Source: Bacteroidota bacterium (GTDB lineage: Bacteria > Bacteroidota > Bacteroidia > 2-12-FULL-35-15). Taken from it: a stretch of DNA of 64,000 bases. The translations under genes and the position numbers were made by a program. Shown in pieces: positions 8,541 through 17,386 of this stretch; the first letter of the stretch is position 1; each line of letters opens with the position of its first letter. The notes under the pieces were generated by a model that ran no database searches, was not told the origin of the DNA, and saw only the letters and a list, made by a program, of their open reading frames with translations. The stretch spans positions 713,489 through 777,488 of the forward strand of contig JAQZBR010000002.1 of NCBI GenBank assembly GCA_029237775.1, in the 5' to 3' direction.

Positions 8541-9962
8541 ATGAATAAAAAGTTACAGGTACTTAAGTATATCACTGCAGATATTTTTTCTGCGGTCACG
8601 GCCTGGACTTTCTTTTATTGCTTCCGCAAGCTTTACATCGAATCTGAAAAATACGGAACAAATGTGCCTGTTATTTTTGACGAACATTTTTCAAGGAGCT
8701 TATTGATCATTTCCTTTTTCTGGCTTCTACTTTATGTATTAACGGGAACGTACAGAAATATTTATCGTAAATCCCGCTTGCGCGAAGTTGGGCAAACGCT
8801 TCTTATCACTGTTATTGGTGTCATCATATTATTCTTCCTTCTTTTACTGGATGATGAAATTCAGTCGTACCGCAACTATTATCAGAGTGTGATCACGTTG
8901 TTTCTTCTCCATTTTTTTATTACAGCTACCTTACGTTTTATTTTGTCAAGTATCACCAATCACAGGATCCATAACCGGATCATGGGTTTCAATACCATAC
9001 TTGTCGGTAGTAACAAGAATGCTTTGAACCTCTACAACGAGATGCAGGGGCAGATCAAATCCTCCGGAAACAAGTTTGTAGGCTTTGTTCATGTCGATAA
9101 TAAAAATGGTTATTCGCAGGAGCTTATCAAGAACATCCCTCACCTTGGCGAATTAAATGAATTAAAAAAACTAATCGACCAGCATAATGTAGAGGAAGTG
9201 ATCATTGCCATCGAATCTTCGGAACATGATAATATCGGTAAGATCGTTAATGAGCTTGATAATGGTGATCTTATCATTAAGGTAATTCCGGACATGTACG
9301 ATATCTTATCGGGCTCGGTAAAAATGACGTCCATCTTCGGAGCCGCACTGATCGAAATCTCGAGGGAGATCATGCCGGCATGGCAGCAATCGTTCAAACG
9401 GATCTTCGATATATGCGTTTCAATTTTTGTTCTGACAGTATTCGGCTGGGTGTATCTGATCGTAGCGATAGCCGTTAAGTTAAATTCGAAAGGACCGGTA
9501 TTTTACAGCCATGAACGTATCGGCTGGCATGGCAAGCCATTCATGATTCACAAGTTCCGCTCGATGTATGTAGATGCAGAAAAGATGGGCCCGGCTTTAT
9601 CGAGTAAGCACGATCCAAGAATCACTCCTCTCGGAAGGTTCCTCCGCAAGGTCAGGCTTGATGAGATCCCGCAATTTTATAATGTTTTAATTGGCGAGAT
9701 GTCATTGGTGGGCCCTCGTCCTGAACGTCAATTCTTCATCGACCAGATCGTGCAGAAAGCTCCGCATTACAAGCATTTGCACAAGGTTCGCCCGGGAATC
9801 ACTTCCTGGGGACAAGTAAAATACGGCTATGCTGAAAACGTTGATCAGATGATCGAGCGTTTAAAATACGACATCATTTATATTGAAAATATGTCGCTGG
9901 GGATCGATCTGAAGATCCTGATCTATACTGCGCTGATCGTTGTGCAGGGGCGTGGAAAATAA
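8541..9962 (+). CDS. Polyprenyl-phosphate sugar phosphotransferase (WcaJ/WbaP type, long form)
   Basis: N-terminal TM helices and a CoA-binding-like domain, then KRIFD, KFRSM, RLDEIPQ, MSLVGPRPE and PGITSWGQV. Confidence 0.92.
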   Translation: MNKKLQVLKYITADIFSAVTAWTFFYCFRKLYIESEKYGTNVPVIFDEHFSRSLLIISFFWLLLYVLTGTYRNIYRKSRLREVGQTLLITVIGVIILFFLLLLDDEIQSYRNYYQSVITLFLLHFFITATLRFILSSITNHRIHNRIMGFNTILVGSNKNALNLYNEMQGQIKSSGNKFVGFVHVDNKNGYSQELIKNIPHLGELNELKKLIDQHNVEEVIIAIESSEHDNIGKIVNELDNGDLIIKVIPDMYDILSGSVKMTSIFGAALIEISREIMPAWQQSFKRIFDICVSIFVLTVFGWVYLIVAIAVKLNSKGPVFYSHERIGWHGKPFMIHKFRSMYVDAEKMGPALSSKHDPRITPLGRFLRKVRLDEIPQFYNVLIGEMSLVGPRPERQFFIDQIVQKAPHYKHLHKVRPGITSWGQVKYGYAENVDQMIERLKYDIIYIENMSLGIDLKILIYTALIVVQGRGK

Positions 9963-10002
9963 GTACAGATACGAATCTTTGCGAATTTACGAATCTGTAT
10001 TT
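9963..10002 (+). repeat. 40-bp intergenic repeat, copy 1 (GTACAGAT/ACGAAT family)
   Basis: GTACAGATACGAATCTTTGCGAATTTACGAATCTGTATTT, starting directly after a stop codon. Confidence 0.85.
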
Positions 10003-10055
10003 CCTACAAAATAAGGTGGTATCTCCGTCCAAAATTAATCTTTCGAATATTCACC

Positions 10056-10092
10056 CAGATTCGTAAAATTCGTTTTCATTCGTTATCCGTAA
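10056..10092 (-). repeat. Degenerate inverted copy 2 of the same repeat
   Basis: Minus strand reads TTACGGATAACGAATGAAAACGAATTTTACGAATCTG. Confidence 0.7.
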
Positions 10093-10142
10093 TTTCTTAT
10101 ATTTAAACTCTCTAAATTCAACAAATCTAACACTCAAAAACA

Positions 10143-11045
10143 ATGAAAAACATAGCAGTAATCGGATCGGGAACAATGGGTAACGGGATCGCTCATACAT
10201 TTGCACAATGCGGATATAATGTGGCAATGATCGACATTAAGCAGGCTGCGCTTGATAAAGCAATGGCAACCATTTCCAAGAATCTTGACAGGATAGTAGC
10301 GAAAGGAACAATCACTGAAGCTGACAAAGCACAAACAATTAAAAATATCACTACTTATACGGTGATTGCGGAAGGCGTAAAAAACGCTGATCTTGTAGTT
10401 GAAGCAGCAACAGAAAATGTGGAATTAAAGCTGAATATTTTTCGTGAGCTGGATGCAGCATGCAGTCCGGAAACGATCCTTGCAAGCAACACATCATCTA
10501 TATCCATTACAAAGATCGCATCGGTAACTAAACGTGCCGATAAAGTGATCGGAATGCACTTCATGAACCCGGTTCCGGTGATGAAGCTGGTAGAAGTTAT
10601 AAGAGGTTATTCTACTTCGGATAATGTTACTTCCACCATCATGGAAATGTCGAAGAAGCTCGGAAAGATTCCTGTTGAAGTAAACGATTATCCTGGCTTT
10701 GTTGCCAACAAGATCCTGATGCCAATGATCAACGAAGCAATCATCACATTGCATGAAGGAACAGCAGGTGTTGAAGAAATTGATACAGTTATGAAACTTG
10801 GTATGGCTCATCCGATGGGACCATTGCAGCTGGCTGATTTTATCGGTCTGGACGTTTGTCTTTCGATATTGAAAGTACTACAGGATGGTTACGGAAATCC
10901 TAAATATGCGCCATGCCCTTTATTGGTAAACATGGTAACTGCCGGACACCTTGGCGCTAAATCGGGAGAAGGGTTCTATAAATATACTGCTGGATCCAAG
11001 GAACTGGTAGTATCGGATATGTTTAAGAAAAAAGAATTGGTTTAA
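10143..11045 (+). CDS. hbd: 3-hydroxybutyryl-CoA dehydrogenase
   Basis: GSGTMGNG, EAATE, SNTSS, GMHFMNP and HPMGPLQLADFIGLD motifs. Confidence 0.92.
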   Translation: MKNIAVIGSGTMGNGIAHTFAQCGYNVAMIDIKQAALDKAMATISKNLDRIVAKGTITEADKAQTIKNITTYTVIAEGVKNADLVVEAATENVELKLNIFRELDAACSPETILASNTSSISITKIASVTKRADKVIGMHFMNPVPVMKLVEVIRGYSTSDNVTSTIMEMSKKLGKIPVEVNDYPGFVANKILMPMINEAIITLHEGTAGVEEIDTVMKLGMAHPMGPLQLADFIGLDVCLSILKVLQDGYGNPKYAPCPLLVNMVTAGHLGAKSGEGFYKYTAGSKELVVSDMFKKKELV

Positions 11046-11051
11046 TTATAA

Positions 11052-11131
11052 AGGTTTCAAGTTTGAAGTTTCAGGTTCTGTGATTTAAAAAACACAGGAC
11101 TTGTTCAACCTCAAACTTGAAACCTCAAACC
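11052..11131. repeat. Inverted heptamer (GTTTSAR) repeat arms around an inner hairpin
   Basis: AGGTTTCAAGTTTGAAGTTTCAGGTT ... CTGTG-loop-CACAG ... AACCTCAAACTTGAAACCTCAAACC, between convergent genes. Confidence 0.8.
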
Positions 11132-11137
11132 ATTGAT

Positions 11138-11740
11138 TTAAAAATCCCCATTCTCCACCAACCTGATCGCCTCTTCAATAGCTTTATCATTTCCCTGCGG
11201 ATCGTATTCAGCTTTTAAGTTACTTCCAAACATCAGAGCAACTCCCTGGTACATAAAGGCAGAAAAAGAACCACGCATTTCTTTTACTACGGTATAGGTG
11301 GTTTTACCAGTTTCACGATCGATAAGTTTGATCAAAATCCTGCCCTGACTTTCGGTCAACTGTTTTAACTGTTCAGTAAATTCATCCTTTAATTGTTTCT
11401 CAACCAGTTTCGTATATTTTGCACGGTCCGATTCCGACATCTGGGCAAGGATCCTGTCGTATTCTTTTAGCTTTGCTGCAGCCAATATTGCGTAGGGATA
11501 AACCTTTTTTACGTTATATTTTGTGCGGTCCCAGGCTGCTTGCTGACGCCTATTTTTAAATGTTCTTTCAGTGTAACATTTAACAGGATTTAACACAACA
11601 TAGGGAATAGTATCGCCTTCATAAACTACAGTGCGAACTGCGGTTCCGACAACAGGTGTCCCGGGCGCTTTAGGATCGCTTGTCTGGGCGAGTGATGGAA
11701 GGGCCAGGAACAGAAGAAATATCAAAAATTTGTTTGCCAT
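11138..11740 (-). CDS. DUF4294 family protein
   Basis: Signal peptide. KKVYPYA, QGRILIKLIDRETG and LKAEYDP motifs. Confidence 0.85.
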   Translation of the reverse strand: MANKFLIFLLFLALPSLAQTSDPKAPGTPVVGTAVRTVVYEGDTIPYVVLNPVKCYTERTFKNRRQQAAWDRTKYNVKKVYPYAILAAAKLKEYDRILAQMSESDRAKYTKLVEKQLKDEFTEQLKQLTESQGRILIKLIDRETGKTTYTVVKEMRGSFSAFMYQGVALMFGSNLKAEYDPQGNDKAIEEAIRLVENGDF

Positions 11741-11862
11741 TTGGCTTAGGAATACAAATGATGTACCCAATTTGTAATATAACGTAGTAAATGTGAGAAA
11801 GTTATTTGATATAAACAGAGATTTCTATTTCCTATCTAAATAAAGAGTAGCTTTGATAAGCT

Positions 11863-13179
11863 ATGAAAAACTTATTCCTATTTATATTTTTCATTCTGAC
11901 GTTATTTAGTCACGCTCAAATATGGTCACCTGTAGGAACAGGGACTAACCAAGTTGTTTCCTCGCTGATGGTTCATAATGGTGAATTGTATGCAGGCGGT
12001 AACTTCACTGTCGTGGATGGTACTCCCATAGACCTTTTTGCGAAATGGAATGAAATTTCCTGGTCACCTATTGGTACCGGAGCAAATAACGCAGGCGGTG
12101 GAATTGTTACAACAACAGTTTATAATTCCGATATTTATGTAGGTGGAGGGTTTATGGATATGGACGGTGTTTCTGCACGCAATATTGGGAAATGGAACGG
12201 GATTTCATGGTCGGGGTTGGGTTCCGGAACTTCAAGCGTTGGAGGACCGGACTTTGTTACAGCTCTTTATGTTTACAATAATGAATTATATGTTGGTGGC
12301 TATTTCACTTTAATGAATAACATTCAGGTGTATAGAATCGCCAAATGGAATGGCACCAGCTGGAGCACTGTAGGTTCTGGGATGAATGGTGGACAATCAT
12401 GTAATACCTGCTACGTCTCTGCTTTTATGGCATTCAACGGTGAGCTGTATGCGGGAGGGATTTTTTCAATAGCAGGGGGTGTTCCTGCAAACAATATAGC
12501 CAAATGGAATGGCACAAGCTGGTCCGCTGTTGGAGGCGGAATTAATGGGCCAGTGTCTTCTTTAATTATTTATAACGGAGAGCTATATGTCGGTGGCTCA
12601 TTTAATGCCGGTAGTGCTAATCCAAATCAGGTGGTTAAATGGAATGGGTCTGCGTGGATAGCTGTCGGAACTGGTATGAACGGAAGTGTGAATGCATTAG
12701 CTGTTTACGGAAATGCACTTTATGCCGGTGGCCAATTTACGATGGCAGATGGGGCCCCTGCCGCGCATATCGCGAGATGGAATGGGACTTCCTGGGACCC
12801 TCTTGGAGCAGGTATAGATAACACTGTAAAAACATTATGTGTGTACAACAATGCGCTATATGCCGGAGGCCTTTTTACATCTGCTGGTGGTAATCCCGCT
12901 AATAATATTGCAAAATGGTCAGAGCCAGTTGGTATTTCAGAAGCTGAAAACAATGACTTTAACATATCTCCAAATCCTGTAAACAATAAAATTCAACTAA
13001 ATTCTTTCGCTTTTAAAACAAAAGAAATTCTGTTGTTAAATGTTGAAGGTAAAATCATAAAAAGAAGCACTGAAAATATTTCTGAACTCGATGTGTCAGA
13101 CCTTCCTTCCGGATTTTATTTTTTAAAGCTGTTGGGAGATTCTAAAGTGGTCAATAAGAAAATTGTTGTTCAGCATTAG
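11863..13179 (+). CDS. T9SS-secreted beta-propeller repeat protein
   Basis: About 7 repeats of (V)xxLxVYNGELYAGGxF...NIAKWNGTSW and a type A CTD (ISPNPV...LPSGFYFLK...KKIVVQH). The -7 motif TAGCTTTG is at 11848. Confidence 0.9.
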   Translation: MKNLFLFIFFILTLFSHAQIWSPVGTGTNQVVSSLMVHNGELYAGGNFTVVDGTPIDLFAKWNEISWSPIGTGANNAGGGIVTTTVYNSDIYVGGGFMDMDGVSARNIGKWNGISWSGLGSGTSSVGGPDFVTALYVYNNELYVGGYFTLMNNIQVYRIAKWNGTSWSTVGSGMNGGQSCNTCYVSAFMAFNGELYAGGIFSIAGGVPANNIAKWNGTSWSAVGGGINGPVSSLIIYNGELYVGGSFNAGSANPNQVVKWNGSAWIAVGTGMNGSVNALAVYGNALYAGGQFTMADGAPAAHIARWNGTSWDPLGAGIDNTVKTLCVYNNALYAGGLFTSAGGNPANNIAKWSEPVGISEAENNDFNISPNPVNNKIQLNSFAFKTKEILLLNVEGKIIKRSTENISELDVSDLPSGFYFLKLLGDSKVVNKKIVVQH

Positions 13180-13182
13180 CAT

Positions 13183-14667
13183 CTAACTTAACCTATTCGC
13201 CTTCCACTTAGAAATCTCTTCCGAAGAACCGGCAGTATCCGTTTTAGCCACTTTCTTAGCGCCCATTAGTCTTGCACCGAACAGCGCTGCGATCTCTGCT
13301 TCATCCTCATTTTCTTTCGCGAGCATTTCAGGCTTGAAATAATGCTTTATGAAATGCGTATCGAAGTTACCGGAAGTGAATGCTTCATGTTTTAAAACGA
13401 ATTTACAGAAAGGCAAGGTCGTCTCCACTCCTACTATCTTGTAATCATCAATTGCACGGATCATTCGGTTGATCGCCTCCTCACGGTCTTTTCCGTAGGA
13501 GATCAGCTTCGAGATCATCGGGTCATAATAGATAGGGATGTCCATTCCTTCTTCAAAACCATCATCAACACGCACTCCCAAACCTTGCGGACGCTGATAG
13601 GTCACTAATTTTCCGATATCCGGAAGGAAGTTATTTGTTGGGTCTTCTGCATAAACACGTACTTCAACACTGTGTCCGTGAATCTTGAGATCCTCCTGCT
13701 TAAATGATAATTTTTCTCCTCTTGCAACTTTGATCTGCTCTTTTACAAGATCTATCCCGGTGATCATTTCCGTTACCGGATGCTCCACCTGCAAACGGGT
13801 GTTCATTTCCAGGAAATAGAAATTCTTATTTTCATCGAGCAAAAACTCAACTGTCCCTGCACCTGTATAATCGCATGCTTTACCAACATTCACAGCACAC
13901 TCACCCATTGCTTTGCGGATCTCAGGTGTTAAAACTGAAGAAGGAGCTTCTTCTATCACCTTCTGATGGCGTCTTTGAACAGAGCATTCACGCTCAAAAA
14001 GGTAAACGATATTACCGTGAGTATCACCAAGGATCTGGATCTCTATGTGACGAGGGCCGGCAACATATCGCTCAATAAAAACAGAGCCATCTCCAAAGGC
14101 TGATGTGGCTTCACTTACAGCAAGCTTCATCTGCTCTTCAAATTCTTCGATCTTCTCCACTATCCTCATTCCCTTTCCTCCTCCTCCGGCACTAGCCTTG
14201 ATCAACAAAGGAAATCCTGTAGCCAATGCCACTTTTTTCCCTTCTTCCACACTATCAATAGCACCTTCAGAACCCGGAACCATTGGGATCTTATATTTTT
14301 TCGCTGCCGCCTTAGCAGAAAGCTTATCACCCATCATATCCATCGCTTCAGGTGATGGGCCGATGAAGATCAAACCCGCTTTCTTCACGGCTGCTGCGAA
14401 TTCGGCATTCTCAGACAAAAAGCCGTATCCGGGGTGAATTCCGTCTACGTTCAGCTCCTTACATACTTTTATGATCTTATCACCCAACAGGTACGACTGA
14501 TTTGAAGGTGGCGGCCCGATACAGACAGCCTCATCAGCGTATTTTACGAATGGAGCATTACGGTCAGCTTCAGAATAAACTGCAACTGTTTTTATACCCA
14601 TCTCACGGCATGAACGCATTACTCTTAAAGCGATTTCACCCCTGTTGGCAACTAGAATCTTGTTCAT
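13183..14667 (-). CDS. accC: Acyl-CoA carboxylase, biotin carboxylase subunit
   Basis: ANRGEIA, HPGYGFLSEN, GGGGKGMR and EMNTRLQVEHPVTE motifs. The -7 motif TAGGTTTG is at 14753-14746. Confidence 0.92.
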   Translation of the reverse strand: MNKILVANRGEIALRVMRSCREMGIKTVAVYSEADRNAPFVKYADEAVCIGPPPSNQSYLLGDKIIKVCKELNVDGIHPGYGFLSENAEFAAAVKKAGLIFIGPSPEAMDMMGDKLSAKAAAKKYKIPMVPGSEGAIDSVEEGKKVALATGFPLLIKASAGGGGKGMRIVEKIEEFEEQMKLAVSEATSAFGDGSVFIERYVAGPRHIEIQILGDTHGNIVYLFERECSVQRRHQKVIEEAPSSVLTPEIRKAMGECAVNVGKACDYTGAGTVEFLLDENKNFYFLEMNTRLQVEHPVTEMITGIDLVKEQIKVARGEKLSFKQEDLKIHGHSVEVRVYAEDPTNNFLPDIGKLVTYQRPQGLGVRVDDGFEEGMDIPIYYDPMISKLISYGKDREEAINRMIRAIDDYKIVGVETTLPFCKFVLKHEAFTSGNFDTHFIKHYFKPEMLAKENEDEAEIAALFGARLMGAKKVAKTDTAGSSEEISKWKANRLS

Positions 14668-14837
14668 AAAATGTTGATTAATAAATTCTTGTCATAGCCC
14701 CTCAAAAAATATATTTGTGAAAGGACATTTACACTAGCATTCTTACAAACCTAAATAAAAAAGTGGTACTTAAAACCATTTTTTTTATCAATTATAAACA
14801 GCCGGATTTCCAAAAAAAACGAATTAATAATCACCCG

Positions 14838-17237
14838 ATGATCAGAAGAATTACCCTTTTTATTTTACTTGTTTCCCTGCATACGATCAGCTTTGCACAA
14901 AAGAAATCCAAAAAAGAACCTGAAGAAAAAAAGACCATTGAAACCGCTGAAGCTGAAAAGATGATCCTTGAAGAGCTTAATAAGATCCGCACTGCAGCCG
15001 GGCTGGACATATTCGAGACGAATGAGATACTTTCCCGGGCAAGTTCTATTCAGGCAGAGGATATGGCGAAGAATGGCAAAGCCTCACTGGAGAACAGCAG
15101 CGGGAAATATAAAACAACAGCGAAAAGAGTTGTTGCAGTGGGTGGCACAAAGAACGCAGAAGAGACTGTTCTTTCCGTTTCTGCATTAAAGGGAAAGGCC
15201 GCTGCGAGTCCGAAAGATATAGCGGATGCTGTGATCGCTAAATGGAAGATCGGTAAAAAGGAACTGGTGATCATTAAAAACGGCAGTTATGTGTTTGCCA
15301 GTCCGAGCGTAAAGCTGGATGCAACTGGCAAAAAGGCTTTCATCTCTGTGGTTTATGGCGGGTTCAATATCGTAAATGACGGAGCAAAAAAGAAGAAAGA
15401 GTTAAAGATGCCTTACACAGCCAAGAATAAAAAGATCAAACCTGCTGATGTACGTGCATGCAAGAACTGTGAAAAATTCAAAGATTATGATGGCTTGCAA
15501 AAAGGCTTGTATGTGAAGGACAACAAGGTCTATCTGAAATATGCGAACCTGAAGAATTTTTCCAAATTGATCAAAAAACCTGCTGATGGACTGGCAATAG
15601 ATTTCGTTCAGAAAGCTCAATACAGTAATCCGTCATACAACATTTACGACAATAATTTATTGAGCAAAGGTGTACTACAAAAAACGGTTACCAAGGACAA
15701 GATCTACAGCAAGAATCTGGTGAAGCCTGAAAAGAAAGGCAAGAAAGTAAGCAAGTTGGATGTTCAACTTGCAACTATACCAAAAGGGTTAGCGGGTGAA
15801 TACGAAATGAATCTTTTAGTGATCCAGGATGGAAAGCTATGTAAGACCATTCGCAAATCGTATATCGAGCAGGGAGATCAGGAATCGAGCTCACCTCTGA
15901 ACATGCTTCTGATGCCGGAAGATGCCGCGTATACGAAACCGCCATTTGAGCCAAAATCGGAATCAACTTTATTGAATTTTTCTATTCCGTTTGAAAAGAA
16001 TAAATCGGATTATAAAGAAGCTGACCTTGTACCCTTCCTGAATGCATTACAGGAGCCGGATTTTTTCATTGAAGGAATGTACATTACTGCCTATTCATCA
16101 ATTGAGGGAGACGCCAGCTCCAATGCGACTTTACAAAAAAAACGTGCAGAAAGCATTATCAAGGCTTTATCGAAAATGCAGAAATCCGGAGTTGTGACGA
16201 ATGTTAAAACTAGCGATTCCTGGAGCCTTTTTCAGATGGAAGCCGAAGATGGCAAGTACGATTATCTGACCAAGATGACCAAAGAGAAAGCGATCCAGGA
16301 GATCAATTCAAAAGGCTTAGCCCCGGAGCTTGAGCCTATCCTCGCAAAAGAGCGTTTCGCCCAAATTGTAATGGATGTGACTTATGACATTGCCGGAGCG
16401 AAAGAGGAAAAATTCTCCGTGAGTAAATTTAATCAGGCTGTAAAAAAAGGCGATATAAAACAAGCGTACAAGATCCAGTATTACATCGGAAAACAAATTC
16501 AAAATCAGAAATACACAGCGGAGGCACAGGTAAACATGAGCATTCCGGCAGAAGCGAAATATTCAGGCTTGCTGAATAATCAGATCGTGAACAATTACAT
16601 GATCAATAACAATGTGGTTGATGACGAAGATTATGTTGCAATGAAAAAACTTGCAACAGTAGATCCTGCGAACAACTATATCAAATTCAATAACCTCTTC
16701 TGCGCTGTTAAATTAGACAGTACAATCGGTGATAAGAAAGCGCAGGATGACATGCAGGCAAAAATTGAAGGCTTGTACAAAAGTGAGATCCCTAAAAAAT
16801 ATGTGGATGCACTGAATACTGAATGGCAGTTCAGGATCATTGAAGTTTATGACACACTGGAATCAGGCCAGCAGGTGGTGGAAACATGTATCAACAGGAT
16901 CAAATCCTTCTACAATTTCAAGGATGGTTCATGGCAGAATGCTCTTAAGTTATCATACATTTTTGCCCGCTTTAAAGACTATAAATTCGCTGCAAAAATT
17001 CTTGAGCCATTTGTAAAAGAAGGAAAGCCTGACGAAAAATTATTGTTCGCATACGCTTCTTTCTGCGCCCAGGAACCTGAACTGATTAATTCAAGAATGT
17101 TTGTAACGGGGCTAAAGAAAGCGGAGCAAGTGAATCATGATCGTTACTGTAAGTTGTTCGGACAGCCGTTTCTGACTTTCCAGATCTTAGACAATCCGCT
17201 AGTTAAACAGGACTACAACAAGGCCGGGTGTAAATAA
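14838..17237 (+). CDS. Exported protein: degenerate CAP domain, OmpA-like domain and helical C-terminus
   Basis: Signal peptide. LNKIRTAAGL...QAEDMA is a CAP pattern. FEKNKS...ITAYSSIEG...NATLQKKRAESI is an OmpA-like pattern. Confidence 0.7.
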   Translation: MIRRITLFILLVSLHTISFAQKKSKKEPEEKKTIETAEAEKMILEELNKIRTAAGLDIFETNEILSRASSIQAEDMAKNGKASLENSSGKYKTTAKRVVAVGGTKNAEETVLSVSALKGKAAASPKDIADAVIAKWKIGKKELVIIKNGSYVFASPSVKLDATGKKAFISVVYGGFNIVNDGAKKKKELKMPYTAKNKKIKPADVRACKNCEKFKDYDGLQKGLYVKDNKVYLKYANLKNFSKLIKKPADGLAIDFVQKAQYSNPSYNIYDNNLLSKGVLQKTVTKDKIYSKNLVKPEKKGKKVSKLDVQLATIPKGLAGEYEMNLLVIQDGKLCKTIRKSYIEQGDQESSSPLNMLLMPEDAAYTKPPFEPKSESTLLNFSIPFEKNKSDYKEADLVPFLNALQEPDFFIEGMYITAYSSIEGDASSNATLQKKRAESIIKALSKMQKSGVVTNVKTSDSWSLFQMEAEDGKYDYLTKMTKEKAIQEINSKGLAPELEPILAKERFAQIVMDVTYDIAGAKEEKFSVSKFNQAVKKGDIKQAYKIQYYIGKQIQNQKYTAEAQVNMSIPAEAKYSGLLNNQIVNNYMINNNVVDDEDYVAMKKLATVDPANNYIKFNNLFCAVKLDSTIGDKKAQDDMQAKIEGLYKSEIPKKYVDALNTEWQFRIIEVYDTLESGQQVVETCINRIKSFYNFKDGSWQNALKLSYIFARFKDYKFAAKILEPFVKEGKPDEKLLFAYASFCAQEPELINSRMFVTGLKKAEQVNHDRYCKLFGQPFLTFQILDNPLVKQDYNKAGCK

Positions 17238-17240
17238 TAA

Positions 17241-17266
17241 GCAGGAACATTCGGAAATGTTCCTGC
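17241..17266. terminator. Hairpin, probable terminator
   Basis: GCAGGAACATT-cgga-AATGTTCCTGC. The U-tract is weak. Confidence 0.6.
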
Positions 17267-17386
17267 AAATGCTTAATTAACGCTAACCACAGCCATTAAT
17301 TAAACATATTTACCTACGAAGAGAAATCCAAATCAGATTTAGCACATCAACTTTTTATTAGCCTGAGGGCAATTATTCCACAAACA

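Noticed and set aside
9963-10092. Possible CRISPR repeats or IS ends
   Set aside because: The copies are dispersed or inverted rather than regularly spaced. No transposase or target-site duplication is visible.
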